Part shown: positions 31,265 through 39,322 of the stretch, piece by piece | Numbering within the stretch: position 1 is the stretch's first letter | Layout: the number at the start of each line of letters is the position of its first letter | Source of the DNA: Bythopirellula sp. | GTDB lineage: Bacteria; Planctomycetota; Planctomycetia; Pirellulales; Lacipirellulaceae | Direction of reading: 5' to 3' | Length of the DNA stretch: 64,000 nucleotides | NCBI GenBank assembly: GCA_965216565.1 | Contig: OZ244170.1 | Coordinates: 4,992,001-5,056,000, forward strand | Position numbers and translations under genes: made by a program | The notes under the pieces: model-generated | What the model was told of the DNA's origin: nothing | The model's database searches: none | What the model saw: only the letters and a program-made list of their open reading frames with translations

Positions 31265-32278
31265 GTGAAATTGCCTAGTCTGTTCCAATTTAGATATCTA
31301 CAGAGAAGGAATTGCAACTTGCTACCCAAACCAGCCGATTTTGCGCAGATTCTCCGTGGTTTTATGATGGGCGGAGCGGACATCATCCCTGGAGTATCTG
31401 GCGGGACGGTCGCTTTAATTCTCGGGATCTACGATCGATTGGTAACCGCGATCAGTCATTTCGACGGACGCCTGTTGAAGCTTTTGTCTCAGCGGCAATG
31501 GCGGGAAGCCGCACAGCACGTCGATTTACGGTTCTTGGTGACACTCGGCCTTGGCATCCTGACGGGTATCGCCTGTTTAGCCAATGCGATGCTGTATCTG
31601 CTCACTGAGCAGCGTTCGTACACACTGGCTGCGTTTATGGGGCTGATTCTCGCCTCGAGTTTGATCGTTGCCCGCAGTGTGCAGCCAAAGACGATCGGTG
31701 ACATTTGGAAGTGTTGTTCTCTAGGAATATTGGCAGCGGTCTTCGCTTTCTGGCTTGTTGGGCTGGATAAATTCGACGACGCCCAGAGTCTGCCCTACTT
31801 TTTTCTGTGCGGCATGGTCGCCATTTGCGCGATGATCCTGCCCGGTATTAGCGGTGCCTATATTCTTTGGTTGCTGGGAGCCTATGCCACGGTTGCCGAT
31901 TTAGTGCATCGACTTACGACCTTCGACGTGGAGGTTAGAGATCTATTGATCTTAATTGTCTTTGCGGTGGGATGTGCCGTGGGAATCATCTCGTTCAGCA
32001 AATTGCTCGGCTGGCTCCTCAAGAATGCTTGTATGTCGACTATGGCTGTGTTGTGTGGATTTATGCTCGGTTCACTTCGGTTGATGTGGCCCTTTCAAAG
32101 GGACCTCACTCCTAAAGTGGAGAAGCTCAAGCTCAAGCAATTCGAGCCAATTCTGCCAGAGGCCTGGGACTACGAGGTCACTGCGTGCCTGGTCATTGCC
32201 GTGGTTGCGGTGGCTGCCGTGTTTATGCTGGAGAGATTTTCAGTCTGTGAGGAGCCTAAAAGTCAACCTGAGCAGTAA
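31265..32278 (+). CDS. DUF368 membrane protein (undecaprenyl-phosphate translocase family)
   Basis: GGADIIPGVSGGTVALILGIY and CAMILPGISGA re-entrant motifs. True start uncertain. Confidence 0.9.
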   Translation: MKLPSLFQFRYLQRRNCNLLPKPADFAQILRGFMMGGADIIPGVSGGTVALILGIYDRLVTAISHFDGRLLKLLSQRQWREAAQHVDLRFLVTLGLGILTGIACLANAMLYLLTEQRSYTLAAFMGLILASSLIVARSVQPKTIGDIWKCCSLGILAAVFAFWLVGLDKFDDAQSLPYFFLCGMVAICAMILPGISGAYILWLLGAYATVADLVHRLTTFDVEVRDLLILIVFAVGCAVGIISFSKLLGWLLKNACMSTMAVLCGFMLGSLRLMWPFQRDLTPKVEKLKLKQFEPILPEAWDYEVTACLVIAVVAVAAVFMLERFSVCEEPKSQPEQ

Positions 32279-32344
32279 CAAACAGAATGCTGAGAGTTGG
32301 ACGTCGGGTCACTGAACATAGGGGCTGTGCACTTCCCCCCTGCC

Positions 32345-33571
32345 CTACTCCGCTCGATAGCCGGCCTGCTCCACGAGTTTTTTCACGTGAGCCGCAGACG
32401 TCCTGCCATACACCTTGGCATAACCCGGCTCGAGCGTGATTTCCACGGCGTCGATTGCTTCGTCGGCCATCAGCTTGTCTTCCAAGCCTGCAACGCAATT
32501 GCCACATGTCATCCCACGGACGCAAACTTCAACGGACTCGCCCTCACGTGCTGATTTAGTTTGTCGACTCCGCCAATAGCGAGCCAGATCTTGCCACGCG
32601 AAAAATCCGATGAGCAGTAGCAATAGAATGGCCGGGCCGATACTCCACCAGTGATTCATGGTGTGAAGTTCGTGCTCCGTGGGTGATTGGGCTTCGATAA
32701 GCGACTCAAAGGCCCAGCCGCTGGCGATGCTGCCGAGGATGATTGTCACCAAGTAGATCACGAGTGGACGTCGACCGAGAGTACGGGATACGGCCCCCAA
32801 CGTCGCTGCATTGGTGGCTGGGCCTGCCATCAGAAAAACCATCGCCGCACCTGTGGGCAATCCACCTGCGACAAGCGCCGCAGCAATGGGCACCGACGCA
32901 GTTGCACAGACATAAAGCGGGAGCGAAATGCCGAGGGCCACTCCCATAGCCGCCAGCGTACCGCCGGTTCCGAGGCCGGTGAGGGCCGTTTCGGGCACGA
33001 GCGTGGTGATCGCCGCGGAGACTAAGACGCCAACAACTAGCCAGCCCCAGATCGACTGAATGAGCTCCAGCGAGTGGGTGACGATCTCTCGCAGCTTACC
33101 CGCAGTGTGATGCGAATTCGCCGGTGGGCTTGATGGCGAAATCTCCTCAGCCTGCGGTAAAGCGATCGATTCGTCGACGTTCTTCAAATCCGCGATCCAT
33201 CCCCCCAGCAGCCCCGTGACTGCCGCACTAATTACTTTGAAAATGGCGAACGGCCAGCCCAGCATCGAGGCGCTCACCAGTATCGAATCGGCACCCGTTT
33301 GCGGCGTACTCGTAAGAAACGCAACGACTGAGCCCGTGCTGGCGCCGCTCTTTTTGAGTTGCAGCCCAACCGGAATAACGCCACAAGAGCAAAGCGGTAA
33401 CGGCACGCCCAACGCCACGGCTTTTAGCACGCTCCCTCGGCCGGTGAGTTGATTACGCAGGAAGCTATCCGGCACAACCACATGCAGAATGCCGCCAATC
33501 AAAGCGCCCAGCAATAGCCAGGGGGCCAGTTCCAGCAGGACACTCCAGATGGCGAGAATGAATTCGACCAT
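32345..33571 (-). CDS. SO_0444-like (DUF318) metal permease with C-terminal HMA domain
   Basis: PLPLCSCGVIP, STPQTG, PLYVCATASVP and GPATN motifs, plus C-terminal GMTCGNC. Confidence 0.9.
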   Translation of the reverse strand: MVEFILAIWSVLLELAPWLLLGALIGGILHVVVPDSFLRNQLTGRGSVLKAVALGVPLPLCSCGVIPVGLQLKKSGASTGSVVAFLTSTPQTGADSILVSASMLGWPFAIFKVISAAVTGLLGGWIADLKNVDESIALPQAEEISPSSPPANSHHTAGKLREIVTHSLELIQSIWGWLVVGVLVSAAITTLVPETALTGLGTGGTLAAMGVALGISLPLYVCATASVPIAAALVAGGLPTGAAMVFLMAGPATNAATLGAVSRTLGRRPLVIYLVTIILGSIASGWAFESLIEAQSPTEHELHTMNHWWSIGPAILLLLLIGFFAWQDLARYWRSRQTKSAREGESVEVCVRGMTCGNCVAGLEDKLMADEAIDAVEITLEPGYAKVYGRTSAAHVKKLVEQAGYRAE

Positions 33572-33650
33572 ACGCTCATCATACGCAGACTAGGTATATA
33601 GGGTGAGTCCACCCGGAGCCTTTTCCAGGGTGGAGAGTTTTGCTGAGCGC

Positions 33651-33817
33651 AATAAAAAGGGCCGGCGAAGTGCGGGATACTTCGTCGGCCCTTAGAGGGG
33701 GGGAGACTTACTTTTGGGTGGGACTGTCTCTTGCGAGGGCTCAAGCGTGGTTGGCACTAAATCCTAGGTGTGCCCGCGGGATTGGCCGCTTGAGTCTCGC
33801 GACTCTCTTCTACCGAC
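33651..33817 (-). ncRNA. Candidate sigma54-dependent structured small RNA or attenuating leader
   Basis: Sigma54 promoter, then consecutive stem-loops, a C-rich tract and a strong terminator. No convincing ORF. Confidence 0.6.
33652..33693 (-). terminator. Rho-independent terminator
   Basis: Minus strand AAGGGCCGACGAAGT-ATCCCGC-ACTTCGCCGGCCCTT-TTTAT. Confidence 0.75.
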
Positions 33818-33827
33818 GCGTAAGAGA

Positions 33828-33844
33828 AGCAAAGGGGATGCCAA
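33828..33844 (-). promoter_or_regulatory. Sigma54 (-24/-12) promoter
   Basis: Minus strand TTGGCATCCCCTTTGCT matches TGGCAY-N5-TTGCW. Confidence 0.75.
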
Positions 33845-34158
33845 AAGTCGGACTGGCCCGATCCGGAAACTGCTAGCAATTGCACAAAGCCTAGCATTAC
33901 GCCGGTTTGTAAGGATTTAGCTTGGAAAAAGAACATCCGACCACCGCGAGCTAGCATGGTGGGGTAGTCGTGAAGTTGTAATAGTTACCAAAGCCGATTG
34001 TAGCTTTTGCCTGCTGGCGGTGAACTTCTTACTCGCTGCTAGCGTACAGAGCCTTCCGAAAGATTGCTTTTTGCCTCGTGAATGCGGTTCGCCTGTTGCA
34101 GGGAGGCGAGTCTCGTTATGATGCTAGGCCCTGCTAGCACCCAAGGTATTTCCAGCAC

Positions 34159-34845
34159 ATGCTGCTGATAGAGAACGTCAAGAAATCTTACCGCGAGCCG
34201 AACGGCGAGCTGCTGCCAATTCTCGACATCCCGCGATTCGTTATCGATGCGGGAGAGCAGGTCGTGCTGCGCGGCCGCAGCGGCTGCGGGAAAACCACGC
34301 TGCTGAACTGTATTGCCGGGCTGACGACGACAGATTCTGGCAACATCACCATCAACGGCCAAAACATTGTTGGCTTGCCGGAGGTTTCCCGCGATCGATT
34401 TCGTGCTTGCTTTCTGGGGTTCGTCTTTCAAACATTCAATTTGCTCCAAGGCTTTACGGCCTTGGAAAATGTCCTGCTCGGAATGACCTTCACGGGGCAA
34501 AAGCCCGACTACGATCGTGCCGAAAAACTGCTGGCCGATGTGGGGCTGGGCCACCGATTGACGCACAAGCCGACGGCCCTTTCAGTGGGCGAGCAACAAC
34601 GGGTCGCGGTCGCCAGGGCTCTTTCGAATCAGCCGAAGCTGCTACTCGCCGACGAGCCAACTGCCAACGTCGACCCGGCCCACCAACAGCAAGTGATCGA
34701 CCTGCTCCGCGAAGCCTGCAGCCGCGAGAACATTGCCATGCTACTAGTAACCCATTCGCCAGAGGTCTCGCAACAGTTCGACCGCATAGAAACACTCGAA
34801 GAAGTCAACCACGCCGTCCCCAAGTCCCTAGCCTCCAGCCTCTAA
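34159..34845 (+). CDS. ABC transporter ATP-binding protein (LolD/MacB-like)
   Basis: GRSGCGKTT, FVFQTFNLL, LSVGEQQRVAVARA, LLADEPT and VTH. Confidence 0.95.
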   Translation: MLLIENVKKSYREPNGELLPILDIPRFVIDAGEQVVLRGRSGCGKTTLLNCIAGLTTTDSGNITINGQNIVGLPEVSRDRFRACFLGFVFQTFNLLQGFTALENVLLGMTFTGQKPDYDRAEKLLADVGLGHRLTHKPTALSVGEQQRVAVARALSNQPKLLLADEPTANVDPAHQQQVIDLLREACSRENIAMLLVTHSPEVSQQFDRIETLEEVNHAVPKSLASSL

Positions 34846-34864
34846 CTCCTAGCTCCTCTACTTC

Positions 34865-36184
34865 ATGTCCTTCTGGAAAATAGCTTGGCGCAACATGGAA
34901 CAGCGAGCCCTGGCCTCGTCGCTCACGGGGCTGTCGATGGCGCTGGGCGTCGCGCTCATGATTCTGGTGATTGTGATTCACAGCGTGACGGTGGAGCAGT
35001 TCGAGAACGATGCCGAGGGGTATCATCTGATCGTCGGTGGCAGCAAAGGCGGCGACATGCAATTGGTGATGACCACGGTTTTCCATTTGGGAAAGCCGCT
35101 CTATCCGATTCCCTGGAGTTACTACAAGAAGTTTGTCGATGGCGAATTCGCCCCCTACACGTCGGTAGCCGTTCCCTATTGCCTCGGCGATAGCTATCAC
35201 CACGAAGACTTGCAGTTTCGCGTAGTGGCTACTTCTTCCGACCTATTCGGTTCGATCGCATACGGAGCCAATGAGGATGGCACCGACCGCAAGTATGAGT
35301 TTCGAGAAGGACGAAACATCAAAGACGAGAATTTCTTCGAAGCGGTGATCGGCTCAAGTGTGGCACGAAAGACGGGGCTCAAAGTGGGCGATTCCATCGA
35401 GCCAACCCACGGTATGAGTTCGGGTGGGAACAAGCATATTGAGTTTGAGGTTGTCGGAATCCTAGATACAACGGGCACGGCCAATGATCGGGCCATCTTT
35501 GCGAATCTAGAGGGTTTCTTCCTCCTTGATGGGCATCAATTGACGCCCGAGGATGGCGAGGCGCACAAAATGCCTAGCGAAAGAGAGCTAGCCGAAGGTG
35601 CGGAGGTGAAACCGTTGCCTGAGGCACAGCGCGAGGTGACATCGATCTTGGTGGTTTGCAAAGATTCCTTCGGTCCGATGATTCTTGACAACAAAATCAA
35701 CAAAGACAAAGCGCGAATCGCCCAGGCGGTTGCGCCGCGTGAGGTCGTCAGCCGACTTTTAGAGGGCATCGTGGGACCCGTTCGGGTTGTGCTCATGGTG
35801 CTCACGATTTTGATCATCGTGGTGGCCGGCATCAGCATTTTGGTGAGTATCTACAACTCGATGAGCGAACGCAGCCACGACATCGCGGTGATGCGGGCCT
35901 TGGGTGCAAGCCGCACTGCGGTGATGGGCATTATTCTGGTGGAGTCCATCCTGCTTTCGCTTTTGGGTGGATTGGCGGGTGTGCTGTTGGGCCACTGCGC
36001 CCTGGCTATTGCGGCCCCCTATGTCGAGGCCAATGCCGGAGTGGTGCTGCGTTTCTGGCAGTTCAATTGGCTGGAGGCCCTGTTGATTCCCGGATTGGTG
36101 CTGTTTGCCTCGCTCGTGGGGTTCCTGCCCGCTCTCACGGCCTACCGCACCGATGTCGGTAAAACACTAGGTGGCGCTCGCTAG
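34865..36184 (+). CDS. ABC transporter permease (MacB/FtsX, ZrgC-like)
   Basis: IAWRN N terminus, large periplasmic loop with a PTHG motif, ERSHDIAVMRALGASR and LPALTAYR. Confidence 0.92.
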   Translation: MSFWKIAWRNMEQRALASSLTGLSMALGVALMILVIVIHSVTVEQFENDAEGYHLIVGGSKGGDMQLVMTTVFHLGKPLYPIPWSYYKKFVDGEFAPYTSVAVPYCLGDSYHHEDLQFRVVATSSDLFGSIAYGANEDGTDRKYEFREGRNIKDENFFEAVIGSSVARKTGLKVGDSIEPTHGMSSGGNKHIEFEVVGILDTTGTANDRAIFANLEGFFLLDGHQLTPEDGEAHKMPSERELAEGAEVKPLPEAQREVTSILVVCKDSFGPMILDNKINKDKARIAQAVAPREVVSRLLEGIVGPVRVVLMVLTILIIVVAGISILVSIYNSMSERSHDIAVMRALGASRTAVMGIILVESILLSLLGGLAGVLLGHCALAIAAPYVEANAGVVLRFWQFNWLEALLIPGLVLFASLVGFLPALTAYRTDVGKTLGGAR

Positions 36185-36268
36185 GGGCGGTCTGAGCCGC
36201 AGTAGGGCGGTTTTCCACGTCGACCCCCTGCCGATACAATAGAAGAACCTTGCCACGATCCCAGCTAT

Positions 36269-37837
36269 ATGAGGAATTCGATAATCGTGTATCCCCGTCA
36301 TTCAGCTTTTTGTGTCTTCGTGCTTTGGTGCGCTGCGGAAGCAACGGCGGTAGCCTGCCCATTCTGCAGTGCGACCTCGCAGACGCTGAGTGAGGAACTC
36401 GCCACGGCTGAGGTTGCTGTTCTGGTGCGACTGACCGAACCTGCGGAGCCATTCGATCCTGCCACGTCGCCCGATTCGGTCGATCCCGATGCGGGTACTG
36501 CCACGTTCGAGGTTGTCGAATTCATTCGCGGTGAAAAGAAATTTCCCGAGCTGAAGCAACTAAAAGTCGTTTACTTCGGCGAGAACGATCCGAATCAATT
36601 GTTTCTAATCAACGGGATCGACGCCGGCATACCGCCTGCGAACAGTACCCAAGTGGCCGATTGGACGACTCCCCTGCCTTTGTCGAAACGCGGGAGGGAA
36701 TATGTGAAACTGCTCGACACATTGCCCAAGAAGGGCGCCGAGCGGTTGGCATTTTTCCAGAAGTATTTCGAAGACGAAGACCCCCTCTTGGCACAGGACG
36801 CCTACGACGAATTCGCTCGAGCCCCCTACAGCGAAGTCATCGCCCTGGGTCCGCAGATGGACCGTGGGCAATTGATGGAGTGGATCAACAACTCGGAAGT
36901 GGGCCCGACGCGACGACGGCTTTATCTCACCATGCTCGGCGTTTGTGGCAAACCGGAAGACGCAGACCAACTCGAGACGATGCTGAAATACGATTTCCAA
37001 CAAATCCAGCCCGCACTAAACACGATGGTGACGGTGATGGGGCTGCAGGGATCGCCCTTAGGCGCACCGATCGCTGCCGAACTAGTCCGGGCCGACGTGC
37101 GACGTCAGCAACAATGTCTCGACGCGCTCGTGGCAGCGTATCTCAAGCTGAAAGGGCCCGAGGGATTGCCGCTGATTAACGAGCGGTTCTTGGCGAATCC
37201 TGACGCTGAATACACCCATGTCTACGCCACGATTATGGCTTTGCGGTTTCACGGTGAAGAGACAGACGTATTACCCAAGGAACAGCTCTTGGAATCGATG
37301 CGGCTGGTACTCGATAACTCTGAGATTTCTGATCAAGTGATACCCGACCTCACCCGTTGGGAAGATTGGAGTATCCTGGACCGCTTGAATTCTATGTTTG
37401 AAGAGTCTGAAGAGGATGCCTGGATCCGTCAGCCGGTGATTTCCTACATGTTGACCGCTGCCGAGCAACCGGGCGAAGTGGGAGAGCGTGCCAATGCTGC
37501 CTTAGAGGCCATGGAAGATATCGATCCGAAGGCCGTGAAGCGCGCCCGTAACTATCAGAATTTCGGTATGTTTGCCCGTAGCTTCAGCGAGGGTGCCCCA
37601 ACCGCTGGGAATAATACTGATCAAGCAAACGAAACAACCCCAACAACAAAAGGGAATGACTCCGTTAGTGATCGGAAGCCCCCAAGGCAAAGATCCCCGC
37701 TGTCCTCCGCTAGAATTCCCAGCCAATTCACAATCATCACCACGCCGCTGGTGGCCTGCCTATTCTTAATGGGGCTCTATGCCTTGCTCCTGCGAAGTGG
37801 CGATGTACGAACTCCCAGCGAATCCCAGACAGAATAA
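36269..37837 (+). CDS. Secreted/membrane-anchored hypothetical protein with N-terminal CPFC
   Basis: Signal peptide ending AVA-CPFC, helical core and a C-terminal TM. Confidence 0.8.
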   Translation: MRNSIIVYPRHSAFCVFVLWCAAEATAVACPFCSATSQTLSEELATAEVAVLVRLTEPAEPFDPATSPDSVDPDAGTATFEVVEFIRGEKKFPELKQLKVVYFGENDPNQLFLINGIDAGIPPANSTQVADWTTPLPLSKRGREYVKLLDTLPKKGAERLAFFQKYFEDEDPLLAQDAYDEFARAPYSEVIALGPQMDRGQLMEWINNSEVGPTRRRLYLTMLGVCGKPEDADQLETMLKYDFQQIQPALNTMVTVMGLQGSPLGAPIAAELVRADVRRQQQCLDALVAAYLKLKGPEGLPLINERFLANPDAEYTHVYATIMALRFHGEETDVLPKEQLLESMRLVLDNSEISDQVIPDLTRWEDWSILDRLNSMFEESEEDAWIRQPVISYMLTAAEQPGEVGERANAALEAMEDIDPKAVKRARNYQNFGMFARSFSEGAPTAGNNTDQANETTPTTKGNDSVSDRKPPRQRSPLSSARIPSQFTIITTPLVACLFLMGLYALLLRSGDVRTPSESQTE

Positions 37838-37954
37838 ATCAAACTAGATAGCGTAAAGCAGCTAGCCCAGGTACATAAAATCCCTCCTCTAATCCCTCTC
37901 CCAACGACGGGTGAAAGGGGTTATAGGATAAGCACGAAGAAGTTTTTTACACGT

Positions 37955-38671
37955 ATGGCAACTACCGAAGCATTTTCCAGTCCGACAGACCCCGAAGCCA
38001 ACGAGTTCGATTATCGACCTCTGAGCATGGCGGCCATTGCATCGCTTGTGTTCGGGCTCGTGAGTTCGTTGACGATTGTGGCGGCGCAAACCAGCCCTTC
38101 GCAATGTCTGATGATGTGTCCTATTCCACTGCTTGGAATTTTTTTGGGGGTGACCGCTTTATCTAGGATTCGGCAGATGCCCGACCAACTCACTGGCAAA
38201 GGTTTGGCTGTGGCGGGGCTCACGCTGTCACTCGTCGGGCTGATAGCAGGCGTTGGGTACGCTAGCTTTGTTTATGCGACAGAAGTTCCGGAAGGCTATC
38301 ATCGCACTTCGTTCGAAGAAATGCGGCCTGACGAGGTCGAACGGCGCGGCAATAACCTCATTCCTCGCGATATTCAGAAATTGGATGGCAAGAAGGTCTT
38401 TATCAAAGGCTATATGCGGGCCGATTCTACTCCCAGGCGACACAACGTCGACAAGTTTCTGCTAGTTCGGGATAATGAGCAGTGTTGTTTTGGCGATTTG
38501 TCCAGCGTGCAATTCTTTGACCAGGTCTTGGTGGAGACCGTTGACAATCTGACGACCGACTATTCGACGAGAATTTTCCGCACCGGCGGCACGCTTCGGA
38601 TTCATCCGGAGAACTTGGGACTCGGCGTGGGACACCCTGTTTACGAACTCGAAGCGGATCATCTGGAATGA
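37955..38671 (+). CDS. Membrane protein with DUF4190-like TM region and DUF3299-like OB domain
   Basis: MAAIASLVFG..GKGLAVAG, then LDGKKVFIKGYM..FLLV..QCCFG. Confidence 0.75.
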   Translation: MATTEAFSSPTDPEANEFDYRPLSMAAIASLVFGLVSSLTIVAAQTSPSQCLMMCPIPLLGIFLGVTALSRIRQMPDQLTGKGLAVAGLTLSLVGLIAGVGYASFVYATEVPEGYHRTSFEEMRPDEVERRGNNLIPRDIQKLDGKKVFIKGYMRADSTPRRHNVDKFLLVRDNEQCCFGDLSSVQFFDQVLVETVDNLTTDYSTRIFRTGGTLRIHPENLGLGVGHPVYELEADHLE

Positions 38672-39180
38672 TTGCCCAGCGAATGGCCTTGCTGCTCCTC
38701 GGATGCCTGGTGCTTGCGTGCCTGGGGTGCAATCGATCTACCTCGATTGCCTCTGCCACAGGGAATTCCACAAGTAGTTCCAGTCCCAACAGTGCCGAGG
38801 GGACCCGCTACCACGAAAAGACCTTCGACGACATCAAGTTCGAGATGGAGAAGACAGAGACTTTTCAACGCTCAATGCTGACGCCGAAAATTGAGGAAAC
38901 ATTCGGCAAGAAAATTCGCATTCGTGGCTATATCTATCCCACGATGAAGAAGCGCGGACTCAAGCAGTTTGTGCTGGTGCGTGACAATCTTGAATGCTGT
39001 TTCGGACCCGGGGCGGCGCTCTACGATTGCATTCTGGTGCACATGAAGCCAGGGAAAACGGCCGAATACTCGATCCGCCCGGTGGCGGTGGAGGGGAAAT
39101 TCAGCTTCGAAGAGTTCAAAGACTTCGATGGCGTGACGCGAGCTATCTACCGCCTCGATGGCGACGCGGTGGATCCTTAA
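38668..39180 (+). CDS. DUF3299-like lipoprotein
   Basis: Lipobox CLGC, KKIRIRGYIYP..FVLV..ECCFG, and an ATGA overlap with the upstream gene. Confidence 0.78.
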   Translation: MIAQRMALLLLGCLVLACLGCNRSTSIASATGNSTSSSSPNSAEGTRYHEKTFDDIKFEMEKTETFQRSMLTPKIEETFGKKIRIRGYIYPTMKKRGLKQFVLVRDNLECCFGPGAALYDCILVHMKPGKTAEYSIRPVAVEGKFSFEEFKDFDGVTRAIYRLDGDAVDP

Positions 39181-39197
39181 GAAATTGATGGCATGAA

Positions 39198-39276
39198 TGA
39201 GCCGACGGCGCTAGCCGCGGGTAGCCTCAGAGTTCGCCAAGCCACTGAAATACCCGCGGCTAGCGCCGTCGGCTCA
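39198..39276. repeat. REP doublet: perfect 26-bp inverted repeat
   Basis: TGAGCCGACGGCGCTAGCCGCGGGTA (39198-39223) and TACCCGCGGCTAGCGCCGTCGGCTCA (39251-39276), between convergent genes. Confidence 0.9.
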
Positions 39277-39322
39277 GTGTTCACAAACAGTTCGGCTTTG
39301 AAAGAATCTAGAACTGCTATTG

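Noticed and set aside
33976..33992. Zur/Fur box upstream of the ABC operon (GTAA-TAG-TTAC)
   Set aside because: Only a 4-3-4 palindrome, too short to distinguish from chance.
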